IMG/VR virus record: IMGVR_UViG_3300028844_006278
From: a virus
Length of the DNA: 64,000 nt
Reading direction: 5' to 3' (one strand)
Positions 37,103-46,907 of the stretch are shown in pieces; within the stretch, counting starts at the first letter, position 1, and every line of letters begins with the position of its first letter. The notes under the pieces were generated by a model. It was not told the DNA's origin. It ran no database searches and saw only the letters and a program-made list of their open reading frames with translations. A program made the position numbers and the translations under genes.

Positions 37103-38287
37103 CTAATCTACGTATATGTGGGCCATGTCGCGGGTGCCGCAGGCAAGGCGTATCCCCTCATCACTTATACATGTTATAACATGTATAGTGCCTTTAGGTA
37201 GGAAGACTATGCTTCCTTCCTGGGCTAGTATTGTCTCGTCGGGATCTTTGCTTAGTTTTCCTGAGTCTGGGTAGTACCAGAGGTCGTATCTGAAGCACCC
37301 TTCGACAATGAACCAGAACTCAGACTTAGAGGAGTGGAAGTGCCTCCTACATCCCTCACCCTTATGTTGGTAGATAAGTCCTACTTGGTCCTTATCAGAT
37401 AGTACTACAGGAACGGTCCCTGGACGGCCCGCTAACGCTTCCTTAGCCTCTGCTAGTGTCGTCATCCTCTTGTTGCTCTCCGACTTCGTAAGCGGAGATC
37501 CGTCTCGAGCTATCAACGTACATAGGTCCGATTCTATACCTGATACGACGTCGGGGTTGAACTTAAATTTCCCGGTATCCTTAGCTGAGTGCTTGTGAGC
37601 CAGACACGCTTCGATTATGCGTAAGTCTTGCGGGCTATCTAGCTCTAGTGCCTCCATCTTAGGGATGGGTGTGTAGTTCACTCTTCCGTTAAACGTCGGG
37701 CCTGTTGCGTATGATTCCATAAACTCTTTCCGCTTCCATGCGCAGATAGCCCACGATATGCTTCTTATGGGAGTCAGCTCTTGAGTAGGCTGCTTCCTGA
37801 GAGGGGTAAAGTTTATGGGGACGTCTCCTAGAAAGCTCTCGATATGATTTTCTACTACGGCGAATTGGCTGTCTGCGCCGGATTCTCTGAACCTGCTAAC
37901 AAACAATTCAATATACTCCGGCGAGATCAACGGAGAGGTTGTATGGATCATGACTACGTTGGTCGCTTCTTCCGAGAACTCCATAAAGGACTGTATGAAA
38001 TGGTCGGCTACCTGGCACCGGCCCCCTTGGCAGCTGGCGGAAGAATTAAACATCCTGCACGCCGTTCCGCCCCTCTCTGGATCTCTCTCCCTAAAGGAGG
38101 CCCCTAGCCCCTCTATCAGGTCCCTAAGGCACACTAGGTCGCTGTCTACGTATATCTTATCGAATACCCCGCTGTCTACCGCAGCTTTCACGACGTAATA
38201 GATAGCTGGGTATCCGTCTATAAGTATGAGGTTTTTATCCTGTACTCTAGTAGAGCCGGACAGTGCGGGTATTAGAGCTACGGTCAT
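37103..38287 (-). CDS. NeuA/KdsB-like cytidylyltransferase fused to cupin
   Basis: ALIPALSGSTRVQDKNL, FDKIYVDSD, HTTSPL, LELDSPQD; cupin RHFHSSKSEFW...PKGTIH. Confidence 0.85.
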   Translation of the reverse strand: MTVALIPALSGSTRVQDKNLILIDGYPAIYYVVKAAVDSGVFDKIYVDSDLVCLRDLIEGLGASFRERDPERGGTACRMFNSSASCQGGRCQVADHFIQSFMEFSEEATNVVMIHTTSPLISPEYIELFVSRFRESGADSQFAVVENHIESFLGDVPINFTPLRKQPTQELTPIRSISWAICAWKRKEFMESYATGPTFNGRVNYTPIPKMEALELDSPQDLRIIEACLAHKHSAKDTGKFKFNPDVVSGIESDLCTLIARDGSPLTKSESNKRMTTLAEAKEALAGRPGTVPVVLSDKDQVGLIYQHKGEGCRRHFHSSKSEFWFIVEGCFRYDLWYYPDSGKLSKDPDETILAQEGSIVFLPKGTIHVITCISDEGIRLACGTRDMAHIYVD

Positions 38288-38293
38288 GGTCCT

Positions 38294-38851
38294 CTAGACT
38301 CCGGCCCGCTTACGTTCCTTCTCTTCTGATATTAACGGACATCTGTTTCCCGTGGCTACTACTAGCTCATAGAACAAAATAAGCGTCAGTATCTCTGTTA
38401 CGTGGAAATAGTCAGTACGCAGCGCCACGTTGTTCACTCCGTCTATTTTAGACTCATGGCCACTAATGAGGTGGCAGGAGATGTTTTTGTGCCTGCTGTA
38501 GTACTCCAAGGCTTTGACCACGTTGGCTGACGTGCCAGAGCAGGATAGTCCGATTATAACGATGTCGTCTTTAGAGCCTATGTCCTCCAGCTCCAACCAT
38601 CTTTGGAATATCTTGTCGAACCCGTAGTCGTTTGCTATCGATGTCATCAGACATTGGGAGTCCAGAGACGTGAATACTTTACTAGTTAGCCGGGTTACAT
38701 CGTCAGATCCGTGTGACGCCACTGCCCAGAGTCCTCCGTTTCCAAACGCATATACCTTCTTAGTTCCCGCTACAGCCTTAACGAGGTTGTCCCACTCCTC
38801 CGTCTGTATGATTTCAATGTGCTTCTTTTCGATGTCGTCAAGATCTAACAT
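38294..38851 (-). CDS. SIS-domain sugar-phosphate isomerase (GmhA-like)
   Basis: FGNGG..ASH, TSIANDYGFDKIF, GLSCSGTSANVVKA. Confidence 0.85.
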   Translation of the reverse strand: MLDLDDIEKKHIEIIQTEEWDNLVKAVAGTKKVYAFGNGGLWAVASHGSDDVTRLTSKVFTSLDSQCLMTSIANDYGFDKIFQRWLELEDIGSKDDIVIIGLSCSGTSANVVKALEYYSRHKNISCHLISGHESKIDGVNNVALRTDYFHVTEILTLILFYELVVATGNRCPLISEEKERKRAGV

Positions 38852-38873
38852 CCGTATTTCCTCCCTAGTTAGG

Positions 38874-39587
38874 TTACTTTACTTTGGAATCTATGCGTTG
38901 CTTCATCAGGAAATCGTCCAAGACTACCCTACTATCGTCCTCTATTAGAGATAGTATGTATCTTAGCTGGTTTTCTCCGGAAGCATGGCTTGATTTATTA
39001 ATGTGTCTCTTGGCCCTTTGTGCATTCTCCAGGCCTCTTCTGTACTTAGGAATATACCCTGTCCTATAGAATGAGATACCTGTGATGTACAAAGATTTTA
39101 TGTCGTACCTCAGTAGGTCGCATATGGCGTTAGTTCCGGTGTTTGGTTTACCCTTACATCCCCAGTATGTCGAAACCCACTGCTCTCTGTCCATGACGGC
39201 TACGGGGAACTTACCTCCCACAACCTTTAGAAAATTCTTAATGAGACGAAATCTATACATATCCTCCCCGGACTGGCGGAGCATGGATTTTCCCATCACC
39301 CCCCAGACTACAAATTTGTAGTCCTGCGCTTGGATAAACTTTTTATCTGATAACCGGACCCCTCCTGCCGTCTGGGTGGGGACCAGGCAGCTATACAGGA
39401 CATCTGTCCTGGTGCCTATATCTTCGTGCCAGCACTCCCAGGCCCAGAATTGCTTGTTCAGCCGGATAACGACATCGTGCTCGTCTATGTACTTCCCTTT
39501 TCCAGTCCCTAGCGCTGTGGCAGCGGGTCCGACCAGAGCTACTCTCTTACCTCTAAGGTACTCTGCGTACTGCTCATTAGCTGTCAT
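38874..39587 (-). CDS. GT29/sialyltransferase-like protein
   Basis: KRVALVGPA..G..IDEHDVVIRLN..IGTRTD (sialylmotif-L-like), PNTGTNAI (motif-S-like), LYITGISFY. Start MTAN at 39587 by ATGA overlap. Confidence 0.8.
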   Translation of the reverse strand: MTANEQYAEYLRGKRVALVGPAATALGTGKGKYIDEHDVVIRLNKQFWAWECWHEDIGTRTDVLYSCLVPTQTAGGVRLSDKKFIQAQDYKFVVWGVMGKSMLRQSGEDMYRFRLIKNFLKVVGGKFPVAVMDREQWVSTYWGCKGKPNTGTNAICDLLRYDIKSLYITGISFYRTGYIPKYRRGLENAQRAKRHINKSSHASGENQLRYILSLIEDDSRVVLDDFLMKQRIDSKVK

Positions 39588-40654
39588 AGCGTCTCCCATA
39601 TGGTTTGAGCAGCGGCATTCACCTCTCTACTCGTTACGTCCTGATATACCGATATCCGGCCATGTCCCTCGTAGAGCACCATTGCCAGATCCTTCCCTGT
39701 TCTCTTCTTATCCCAATACATGTAGCGAGCTACTTCTTCTATGTCTATAGCTCGTACTTTGGTGGCGTCTGGAACGAACGCCGTGCTGCACGCTCGATTA
39801 TACTCCTGAACCTCTGCCGATATCAGCCCCCGATTGAAGGAGATTTCATCTGCTACCAGTATGCCTACTAAGACCGCTTGGCCGTGAGGTATCGTAAACC
39901 CCGAGGCGGACTCCAAAGCATGTCCGAAACAATGTCCGTAGTTACAGAGATTTCTTCGTCCCTTGTCGAACTCGTCGTCCTCAAAGTAACTCCTCTTTAT
40001 TGACAGGCAGTTACGAATTATACGCTCCATCTCTTTACTAGGGACGTTCTTGTCCTGTAGTGTGGTGCTTATGGCCCTAGTGTCTTCGTAAGTTTGGGAG
40101 CACATAAGGTTAAACTTTATGATCTCTCCAACGCCGCTTTTGAATTCGCAAGGAGGTAGAGATCCTAGGAGACCGGGGTCTACGTATATCTGGTGAGGCG
40201 GGTAGAATAGACCCAGCGTATTCTTCCTATCTCCTAGATTGATCGATACTTTGGACCCTATGCAGCTGTCCGCCTGGGAGAGGAGAGTAGTCGGAACGTA
40301 GATCCACCTCACTCCTCTGTATATCGTAGCCGCTATGAATCCGGATAGGTCCTGCAGGACTCCTCCGCCGATTGTTATTATAGTATGGTCTCTTCTGAAG
40401 CCCTTTTTTATTAAGGACTCGATCCATCCTGAGACGGCCGAGTACTCCTTCTCCTTCTCGCTCGAGTCTACCTCTATCACAGGGGCCGGCAGATCGGCTG
40501 CGCTCACGCGGTCCTCGTATAGGTCGTACACGTTCTTATCCACTAGTACAGCGCAGGGAGATTCGCGCGATATTCTTCGGACTTCTTCGAACGCATCTGA
40601 GACAAAGCTAAGGTGGTAGTCGTGCGAGGCGCTGGATATTTTTGTATTATACAA
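39584..40654 (-). CDS. AroB/dehydroquinate-synthase-family sugar-phosphate cyclase
   Basis: IGGGVLQD, YRGV..VPTTLLSQADSCIGSK, KNTLG.FYPP, GEIIK, NYGHCFGHALE, HGQAV. Confidence 0.9.
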   Translation of the reverse strand: MYNTKISSASHDYHLSFVSDAFEEVRRISRESPCAVLVDKNVYDLYEDRVSAADLPAPVIEVDSSEKEKEYSAVSGWIESLIKKGFRRDHTIITIGGGVLQDLSGFIAATIYRGVRWIYVPTTLLSQADSCIGSKVSINLGDRKNTLGLFYPPHQIYVDPGLLGSLPPCEFKSGVGEIIKFNLMCSQTYEDTRAISTTLQDKNVPSKEMERIIRNCLSIKRSYFEDDEFDKGRRNLCNYGHCFGHALESASGFTIPHGQAVLVGILVADEISFNRGLISAEVQEYNRACSTAFVPDATKVRAIDIEEVARYMYWDKKRTGKDLAMVLYEGHGRISVYQDVTSREVNAAAQTIWETL

Positions 40655-41363
40655 GGCTCTCTCCCCCGTCTACAGTTAAGTCTTGCCCTGTTATGTACGA
40701 GTTCTTATCCGAACATAGGAACTCTATAACTCCTGCTATGTCGGATGGTGCAGCCAAACGGCCTTTCGGAATACCCTGCTCTCTACGAGAACGCTCCTCT
40801 ATGGTTAGGTTCCTACTTACCATTGGAGTGTCCGTCAGTCCCGGCGACACTGTGTTGACCAAGATATTATGCGGAGCCATGTCCAGCGCGATCGCTCGTA
40901 CCAATCCCTGTGCTCCTCCTTTAGAAGTTCCATACGTCAGGCATCCTGCACGTGGTCTGTGCGCGGCTATGGATGCAACCTGTACTATCCTGCCCTGTGT
41001 TCCCCGAGATACCATTAGTCTGGCGACCTCCTGCATTATCTGTGCCGGTGCCTTGAGGTTCACGGATAGCATCTCCTCCCACCCGTCGTCGGAAAATCCG
41101 TGTGTCCATGATGGGTTGAAGATGCCTGCGCAAATAACCAAGGCATCTATGTCTCGGCCGCCTATATACCTGCGTGCTGCTTCCACGCTGCTGAGGCAAT
41201 CAAGATCTAACTGTATCCGATCATGCAGTGAGGAGTTCGATTTGTCCGACCTGTGCGAGCCTATCACTGTGTCCCCGTATGAGATAAAAGTCTCAACCAC
41301 TGCTTCTCCTATCCCAGACGTTGCTCCTATCACTAGTACTGTTCGATCGCCTCTTCGTTTCAT
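40647..41363 (-). CDS. SDR family oxidoreductase
   Basis: GATSGIG, YGTSK, VNTVSPG, ITGQDLTVDGG. Confidence 0.92.
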   Translation of the reverse strand: MKRRGDRTVLVIGATSGIGEAVVETFISYGDTVIGSHRSDKSNSSLHDRIQLDLDCLSSVEAARRYIGGRDIDALVICAGIFNPSWTHGFSDDGWEEMLSVNLKAPAQIMQEVARLMVSRGTQGRIVQVASIAAHRPRAGCLTYGTSKGGAQGLVRAIALDMAPHNILVNTVSPGLTDTPMVSRNLTIEERSRREQGIPKGRLAAPSDIAGVIEFLCSDKNSYITGQDLTVDGGESLV

Positions 41364-42082
41364 CAGGTGATAACAAAGCCTCCGTCTACAATTAAGTCCT
41401 GTCCTACGATGTGGGACGCTGCTGGGGACACCAAGAATCCTACTACTTCCGCGATCTCCTCAGGACATGCCATACGACCTAGCGGGATCTTGCTGCATAG
41501 GTCGTCTCTCTCTGACTGGCTGAGCATACGTCTAGTCAGTTCTGTATCCGTGAAGCCCGGGCAGATGTTATTTACTAGTATGCCCTGTCCCGCCAGCTCG
41601 ATGGCGGCCTCTTTTGTGAATGCTGATAGCCCTGCTTTAGATGCAGAGTAGGCTGCCCGCATATCCCTGGACAGTGTCCCGAAGATAGAGCCTATGTTTA
41701 TTATCCGGCCCGATCCTCTACGTACCATGCTATGTACGACTGCTCGTACTATTCTCATAGGCCCGGATAGATTCACCTCCAGGATATTAGATAATGTTTG
41801 GGGACACAGGTCGAGTATACTTTGTATCTCGTTGACACCTGCGTTGTTCACCACTACGCTCCAGTCTATCTCATGTATGAAGTCTGGTAGCGCCTTCTCC
41901 TTCCCTATATCTAGCTGCTCGTATCTAGCTCCGGTAATCGGATCCTCCGGGGACACCGCTCGTCCGGTATATATGGCGGAGTACCCGCAGCCTACTAGGT
42001 GCTTCGTTATCGCTCTGCCTATTCCCCGAGTGCCTCCCGTAATCAGCGCGAAGCCTTTATGACCGTTATGTGGATTTAGCAT
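41363..42082 (-). CDS. SDR family oxidoreductase
   Basis: TGGTRGIG, NNAG, YSASK, CPGFTDT, VDGG. Confidence 0.92.
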   Translation of the reverse strand: MLNPHNGHKGFALITGGTRGIGRAITKHLVGCGYSAIYTGRAVSPEDPITGARYEQLDIGKEKALPDFIHEIDWSVVVNNAGVNEIQSILDLCPQTLSNILEVNLSGPMRIVRAVVHSMVRRGSGRIINIGSIFGTLSRDMRAAYSASKAGLSAFTKEAAIELAGQGILVNNICPGFTDTELTRRMLSQSERDDLCSKIPLGRMACPEEIAEVVGFLVSPAASHIVGQDLIVDGGFVIT

Positions 42083-42993
42083 ACGTCTTCTAAATCTTCC
42101 TTGCAGTATGCGTAAAGCTCCTCGGCAAGCTCGTCGAACGTCGGGACCTCAGGATACCCTGCCATCTCCCATAGGAGCTTGTGCTCGTCCGGCGCGTCTG
42201 TACCTACCAATACCGTGCTCTGCGTACTCTCTGAGTGCTGCGGGTCGGATATGGATAGCCGCTCTTGCCGGAAGTGCGCAATGATAGACACAGCCTGTTC
42301 GAACTCGCTTATCGCTCCGTCGGACATGATGTGGTGGAGGTTGCCTATGCGCTCCCGCTTTACCTCGTCTCGGATAAGTCCTCTGACTATCCTTGCAAAG
42401 GCTAGTGTAGTTATAGGTTGGGAGTAAATATCCTTCGATACCTCTAATACGGAGTCAGTCTCAAATATAGTGCTGAATAGGCCTTCGGTAATGCGCGGGC
42501 CTATTACGTCTGCCCGCAGGTGGTAGACTCCTTTAGTACTGACTTCCCCTATAGCGGTCGACCTGCCGAAGACGGTCACCGCATCTGTTGCGGAGCTCTC
42601 TGTCTGCAGGGTTCCGCTAGGCTGAAAGACCGCGTACGAGGATGGCTGGATCGTGATCGCTCCTACTCTGTTTGCCTCTGACGCTACTATGTGCGGCAAG
42701 AGTGAGTTAAGCGTCAATGCCTTCTCTACGTCCGTCGAGGACTCCGCCGGGGTCGCGTATAGGCAGTTAACTATCGCATTGGGCTGGGAGGTCTCTAACA
42801 GCGTCTGGAGGACGTCTGTGCAGTCCTGTCGGCTTGCTGCTGGTTTGAATAGGAGGCTGCGGCATCTCTCGGGAGCCTTTATATCCTGCCGACTGTATGT
42901 TACCCATACCTGGGTATCTTCGGAAGATGCGAGGGTCTTGGATACCTCTCGGCCTATGCCGGACTCTCCGCCTAATACTAGAACACTGATCAT
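42076..42993 (-). CDS. RmlD-like NDP-sugar reductase (divergent)
   Basis: VLVLGGESGIG, PNAIVNC, NSLLPH; catalytic YGxSK appears as FGRST. Confidence 0.65.
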   Translation of the reverse strand: MISVLVLGGESGIGREVSKTLASSEDTQVWVTYSRQDIKAPERCRSLLFKPAASRQDCTDVLQTLLETSQPNAIVNCLYATPAESSTDVEKALTLNSLLPHIVASEANRVGAITIQPSSYAVFQPSGTLQTESSATDAVTVFGRSTAIGEVSTKGVYHLRADVIGPRITEGLFSTIFETDSVLEVSKDIYSQPITTLAFARIVRGLIRDEVKRERIGNLHHIMSDGAISEFEQAVSIIAHFRQERLSISDPQHSESTQSTVLVGTDAPDEHKLLWEMAGYPEVPTFDELAEELYAYCKEDLEDVC

Positions 42994-43141
42994 ATTGCTC
43001 TCCTCTACAGGGTTGAGTCAGAACTTAACCTTGATGCCAATAAGAATAAACTCGATATTTCTTCTTTGTCTGTAATCTTCTCTGCGATGCTCTGCGTGGT
43101 GGCGCAGCCGGTCATCATCAATGGAGCATCGTTCGCCGAAC

Positions 43142-43333
43142 TCATTCGGGGCATCTACGTCCCATTGCTAGCGGTTCGGGGAGGCAATCGAGGCAGCAGC
43201 ATAGGTCGCTGTGCGTCGTGCCAGGTGGGCAGGCCAGGCAGCACGGAATACACTGCTCCTGGCCGGTTTCTAGGTCGATTTGCTGCGTGCGGTCCAATGG
43301 CAGCGGGGTATCGCATTCGGTGCAAGTGTTCAT
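43142..43333 (-). CDS. Small Cys-rich protein
   Basis: Start MNTCTEC at 43333 (ATGA overlap); stop falls inside the 36-bp repeat. Confidence 0.5.
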   Translation of the reverse strand: MNTCTECDTPLPLDRTQQIDLETGQEQCIPCCLACPPGTTHSDLCCCLDCLPEPLAMGRRCPE

Positions 43334-43689
43334 TTCGGCACCTCGCACCATTCGCCTAACACTTGGATGAGAAACCCCAGGCGATATGACCACCATTCGC
43401 CGAGGCGCCCATCCCACCTGATGACATCGGGCGCGGGCCTGTGCGCGTGCGATCGCCACAGTATTGGCCGATCCTTTGGGGCGATGTCGATCGGCTTCCA
43501 GGTGCGCTGTTCACTGAGCATGTGCGCACGGTTCTCGGCCTGCACCAGTTCCTCCGTGATTTCAGAAATCGTCACGGCATCCTCTCTGAGGCGGGCGGCG
43601 ACAAGTGGCATCCTCCCCGGCCAGGAATACATTGCAAGGGGGTTCTCGCAGAACTTTGCCAGCGTTTCGTTATCGGTTCGCTCTGCCAT
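43330..43689 (-). CDS. Hypothetical phage protein (WxPIxxAPKD type)
   Basis: WKPIDIAPKDRPIL...W.EVP, a common small accessory phage domain. Confidence 0.6.
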   Translation of the reverse strand: MAERTDNETLAKFCENPLAMYSWPGRMPLVAARLREDAVTISEITEELVQAENRAHMLSEQRTWKPIDIAPKDRPILWRSHAHRPAPDVIRWDGRLGEWWSYRLGFLIQVLGEWCEVPK

Positions 43690-43777
43690 TATGTCAGCCC
43701 GCCGAACTCATTCGGGGCATCTACGTCCCATTGCTTTACACTGTCGAAGTAGACGGCCTTCCAGTCTTTAGATACCG

Positions 43778-44086
43778 TCATGCTCTGCTCTTCTGTTTTA
43801 CTATCGGAACCAGTTGGTCTCTGATCCTGCCTACTCGGGCCAGTAGTACATCTATCTCATCCTGCAAGGTCTCTTCCGTGACTAGCGTACATAGACTAGC
43901 TGCGCAGCTACGTACCATATTGCGGGGAGGATTGGCCCGTCTGTCTGCTATCTGCCTGTGCTCTGACCGTACGATATTTAGAGACAGGTCTTTGTATACG
44001 CGTATGACTTCCCAATATCCTGCAGAGTATGGTCGGACAATGCTGCCGGCTCTTATGCCTTTGTACTCGTCGAGTTCTTCTATCAT
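43778..44086 (-). CDS. Hypothetical protein
   Basis: 102 aa, GGAG SD upstream. Confidence 0.5.
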   Translation of the reverse strand: MIEELDEYKGIRAGSIVRPYSAGYWEVIRVYKDLSLNIVRSEHRQIADRRANPPRNMVRSCAASLCTLVTEETLQDEIDVLLARVGRIRDQLVPIVKQKSRA

Positions 44087-44256
44087 GCTGCTCTCCCTAT
44101 GTGGTTATCTCTAGTAGGCGCCATATACGCAGGAGCGGATACGAATTAGGTCTGCTCGGGCGGTTTCGTATTAGGAGATCTATATGAATCGACTGCTCGG
44201 CAGGCTCGGCCATAGGTTCGAACGAGAACCGCACTATCCCCCTATTCCACGGACAG

Positions 44257-44445
44257 TTAATTATCATCGTCAGCATTATTCTCCGCCCCTCTCCGGTGGG
44301 ACACGTTCTGCATCCTGCCGCACCCTGCGCACCGGAACCCGATCATAAGGGTTCCATCACTATCATACCAAGTCTCTACTTTACCTCCGTTCAGACCTAG
44401 TATGTGTGCCAGCCTGTGCAGGAGTCTGTGGATAGCCCTCCTCAC
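44257..44445 (-). CDS. Small Zn-ribbon-like protein
   Basis: GTGA overlap with upstream gene; FRCAGCG. Confidence 0.5.
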   Translation of the reverse strand: MRRAIHRLLHRLAHILGLNGGKVETWYDSDGTLMIGFRCAGCGRMQNVSHRRGAENNADDDN

Positions 44446-46202
44446 GTCTCTTCTCCCTGGTCCTCGGTAGGTGTATCCTCTGCAGCCTTGTCGGCCTTAC
44501 GCGCTGCTGCAGCAGCATCGTGTGTTGCCTGCATCTTACGTCGGACCTCGTCCGCTTCCTTCTTCCGCGCCTCGGCTGCCTCTTTCTCTAGCTGCTCTCT
44601 GTTATCGATAGCGTGCTGGATCTTCTTCTGGACGCATTCCGGCTTCTCGTAGGTCTTAACTGTCCACTTTTCTGCGTCTTCTGAAGAGAAGTCGTATGCG
44701 TCCTGGTACATCCGGACCTTGTCCACTACGCTGTCTACTGTGATCATGTCCATGCACTTAGGGATTACCTGCCCTGAATTGGAGACGACCGGCATGTGGC
44801 ACAGCTTGGTGTCTTCCTTTGTATCGTAGTCCTTCTCGTCTCCGTCCAACATAGGCTCTACTCGAGACTTCCAGCACCCTCCGTGCGAATTACATGGGAG
44901 CGCCCCGCATGTGTGGAGGTATTGGTGGTGAGAGTATGCTTCCCACATGGTAGGCTCTCTGCCTCCTGCGATGACCACACAGGGACGAGTGGCCCTCTTG
45001 TATCGAGGATGCATCTCTACAGCTGCTGCGAGGTGCATAGGGTAGGATATAGGCGTAACTACTCCTGCCGCGTGGTACATGAGGCGGATGAACTGACGGT
45101 GAGAGGTCTTGCCTCTTAGGTCTATGACATTGTCCCCTGTCAGATCCGGGTGATAGTGCTGCGGATTGTCTGCCCCTACCTGTACCCATGTGATGTCCGG
45201 CGTCCGATCGATCAGTTCCTGGAATCTCGCGACCTCCCATAGCTTAGCTGTGTAGTCGTGCTTACGGCCAGCGTCGATTATCCAGAACGGAATGTCCCGC
45301 CCGACTATCTCATGTACCTGAGAGTACCAAGACTTCTCCTGCTCTGACAGGTACACAGCACCGTGGGCTGCCGTCTGGTCGATGGGCAGTCCTAGCTTTG
45401 CCTCCAAGTCCTTGCGAAAGCCGTGGCAGAAGTGATGGGCGCCCCGATTGCTGGTGTTTACAAGATTGTACTCCATTCGTACCCACATAGCATCTGGATC
45501 GGAGTCCTCTATGTGCGTATGGTTGGGGTTGTTCTCCCATATCTCGTGAGCCGGTGTCCGCATGCATGTGATGAACATGCCCGGGTAGGACCTATGTAGA
45601 TCGTCTACCGCCCTGGAGAGCATAATAAGATCTCCGGGACTCTGGTGCTGCGAGATGAAGAGCTTAACCGGCGCCGTACATTCCTCTAGGATGCTGGGGG
45701 CACCTGCCGGCCGAGGAGCCAGTACTTCCTTATTCAGACTGGCTGCCGCTTCTGTGAATGCGGACCTAGTGGTCTTAGCGGGCAGGCCGTCTGATGTAGT
45801 GGCGGACTCTACGGATATCGGCAGATTCTTTGTGCTCTTAGGCAGACGTGCTGTTTTTGCCACCAGTACGTCTCGGCGGCAAATGTCGGCGTACCGCTGC
45901 TCGATCTGCTCCCGGGGAGTTTTAGTAGGTACGCGCATGGGCTGGGTAGCTCCTTGCGCGCCCTTGCGGACGAACTCTACCTTACCGGCCTTCAGCTTGG
46001 ATACGAAGTCGGGAGACACTTGGATCTTCTTAGACTTCAGAGAGTCTATTGGGATTCCCAGCTTATCTGACATTAGAGCAAGAGCGTCCTCATCCAGCAC
46101 AGCCGTAGGAGCCTCTGTATCTGAGCCTTCAGGAACGTCCGGAACCTTAGGCTCTGTAGGTACCAGCTTAAGCTCGGTAGGGTTTACGAGTACGTCCGAC
46201 AT
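44442..46202 (-). CDS. GT9-like (heptosyltransferase-type, GT-B) glycosyltransferase with N-terminal extension
   Basis: SPGDLIML, IWENNP, KLW, WVQVG, DLRGKT, MHLAAAV, CVVIAGGREP. Confidence 0.8.
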   Translation of the reverse strand: MSDVLVNPTELKLVPTEPKVPDVPEGSDTEAPTAVLDEDALALMSDKLGIPIDSLKSKKIQVSPDFVSKLKAGKVEFVRKGAQGATQPMRVPTKTPREQIEQRYADICRRDVLVAKTARLPKSTKNLPISVESATTSDGLPAKTTRSAFTEAAASLNKEVLAPRPAGAPSILEECTAPVKLFISQHQSPGDLIMLSRAVDDLHRSYPGMFITCMRTPAHEIWENNPNHTHIEDSDPDAMWVRMEYNLVNTSNRGAHHFCHGFRKDLEAKLGLPIDQTAAHGAVYLSEQEKSWYSQVHEIVGRDIPFWIIDAGRKHDYTAKLWEVARFQELIDRTPDITWVQVGADNPQHYHPDLTGDNVIDLRGKTSHRQFIRLMYHAAGVVTPISYPMHLAAAVEMHPRYKRATRPCVVIAGGREPTMWEAYSHHQYLHTCGALPCNSHGGCWKSRVEPMLDGDEKDYDTKEDTKLCHMPVVSNSGQVIPKCMDMITVDSVVDKVRMYQDAYDFSSEDAEKWTVKTYEKPECVQKKIQHAIDNREQLEKEAAEARKKEADEVRRKMQATHDAAAAARKADKAAEDTPTEDQGEET

Positions 46203-46907
46203 CTATTTCTGCTCCTCCTCTGCGAGCTGCTTGCGAAGCTCTTGTCCTTCCTTGATGACCTCGATGTAGTCGTCGAGTCGGCGGAGCAACGGCCCTGAGT
46301 TAACTGTAGAGGGCCACAGGCCTTCCTCCATCCACTCTGCGATGACCGCCTTGCGTAGCTCCGGAGAGAGCCCTGCAAGGACGGACAGCATGCCTTGGAA
46401 CTCGCTGTCTCCGTCTTGTAGCGGACGGATGCCGATAGCCATACGAGGAACTGTGAACAGGTAGCAAAAGTAGGACTGCACAAAGAACGTGCAGAATGCT
46501 CCGTATACCTCTTCCCCTCTGTCCTGGGAGCGGACCTCTTCGTATAGCTGGCTGAACAGCGGCACTCCCTGCAGATTGTCGGACACAGACTCGTTCCATA
46601 CCTTGGCGATTAGCTGCCCGATGCAGTCTAAGAGCTCGATGGCCTTCTCGTCGTCCTTATACAGAAGCTGCGTGGCGGCCTGCAGGCTCTCCTTCATAAG
46701 GAACGGCATGCAGTGTCCGATGTCTCGGTGAATAGGGTCGCACACTACTCCGGTAACCGCCGACCGTACGCCGCCGAATGAGGTAGCGTACTTGCCCTTG
46801 TGATCTAGCATCTGAGTGCCGCGGAGGTGCTGGGCTCCCTTCCAATCTCCTTCAGGCGGGGGAGTTGGCGGAGGAGTCTGGGGTGTGTCGGTAGATGTAT
46901 TTGCCAT
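46203..46907 (-). CDS. Hypothetical protein
   Basis: 234 aa, AGGAG SD upstream. Confidence 0.6.
   Translation of the reverse strand: MANTSTDTPQTPPPTPPPEGDWKGAQHLRGTQMLDHKGKYATSFGGVRSAVTGVVCDPIHRDIGHCMPFLMKESLQAATQLLYKDDEKAIELLDCIGQLIAKVWNESVSDNLQGVPLFSQLYEEVRSQDRGEEVYGAFCTFFVQSYFCYLFTVPRMAIGIRPLQDGDSEFQGMLSVLAGLSPELRKAVIAEWMEEGLWPSTVNSGPLLRRLDDYIEVIKEGQELRKQLAEEEQK

Larger units (their letters stand above)
43134..43735 (-). mobile_element. 566-bp cassette bounded by 36-bp perfect direct repeats (attC-like)
   Basis: cgccgaactcattcggggcatctacgtcccattgct at 43134-43169 and 43700-43735; contains two small ORFs. Confidence 0.6.

Noticed and set aside
39584-40654. Calling the cyclase aroB (shikimate auxiliary gene)
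   Set aside because: Variant motif and glycan-locus context, with no other shikimate genes in the window.
43134-43735. 36-bp repeats as a CRISPR array
   Set aside because: Only two copies, 530 bp between them with ORFs inside, and no cas genes.
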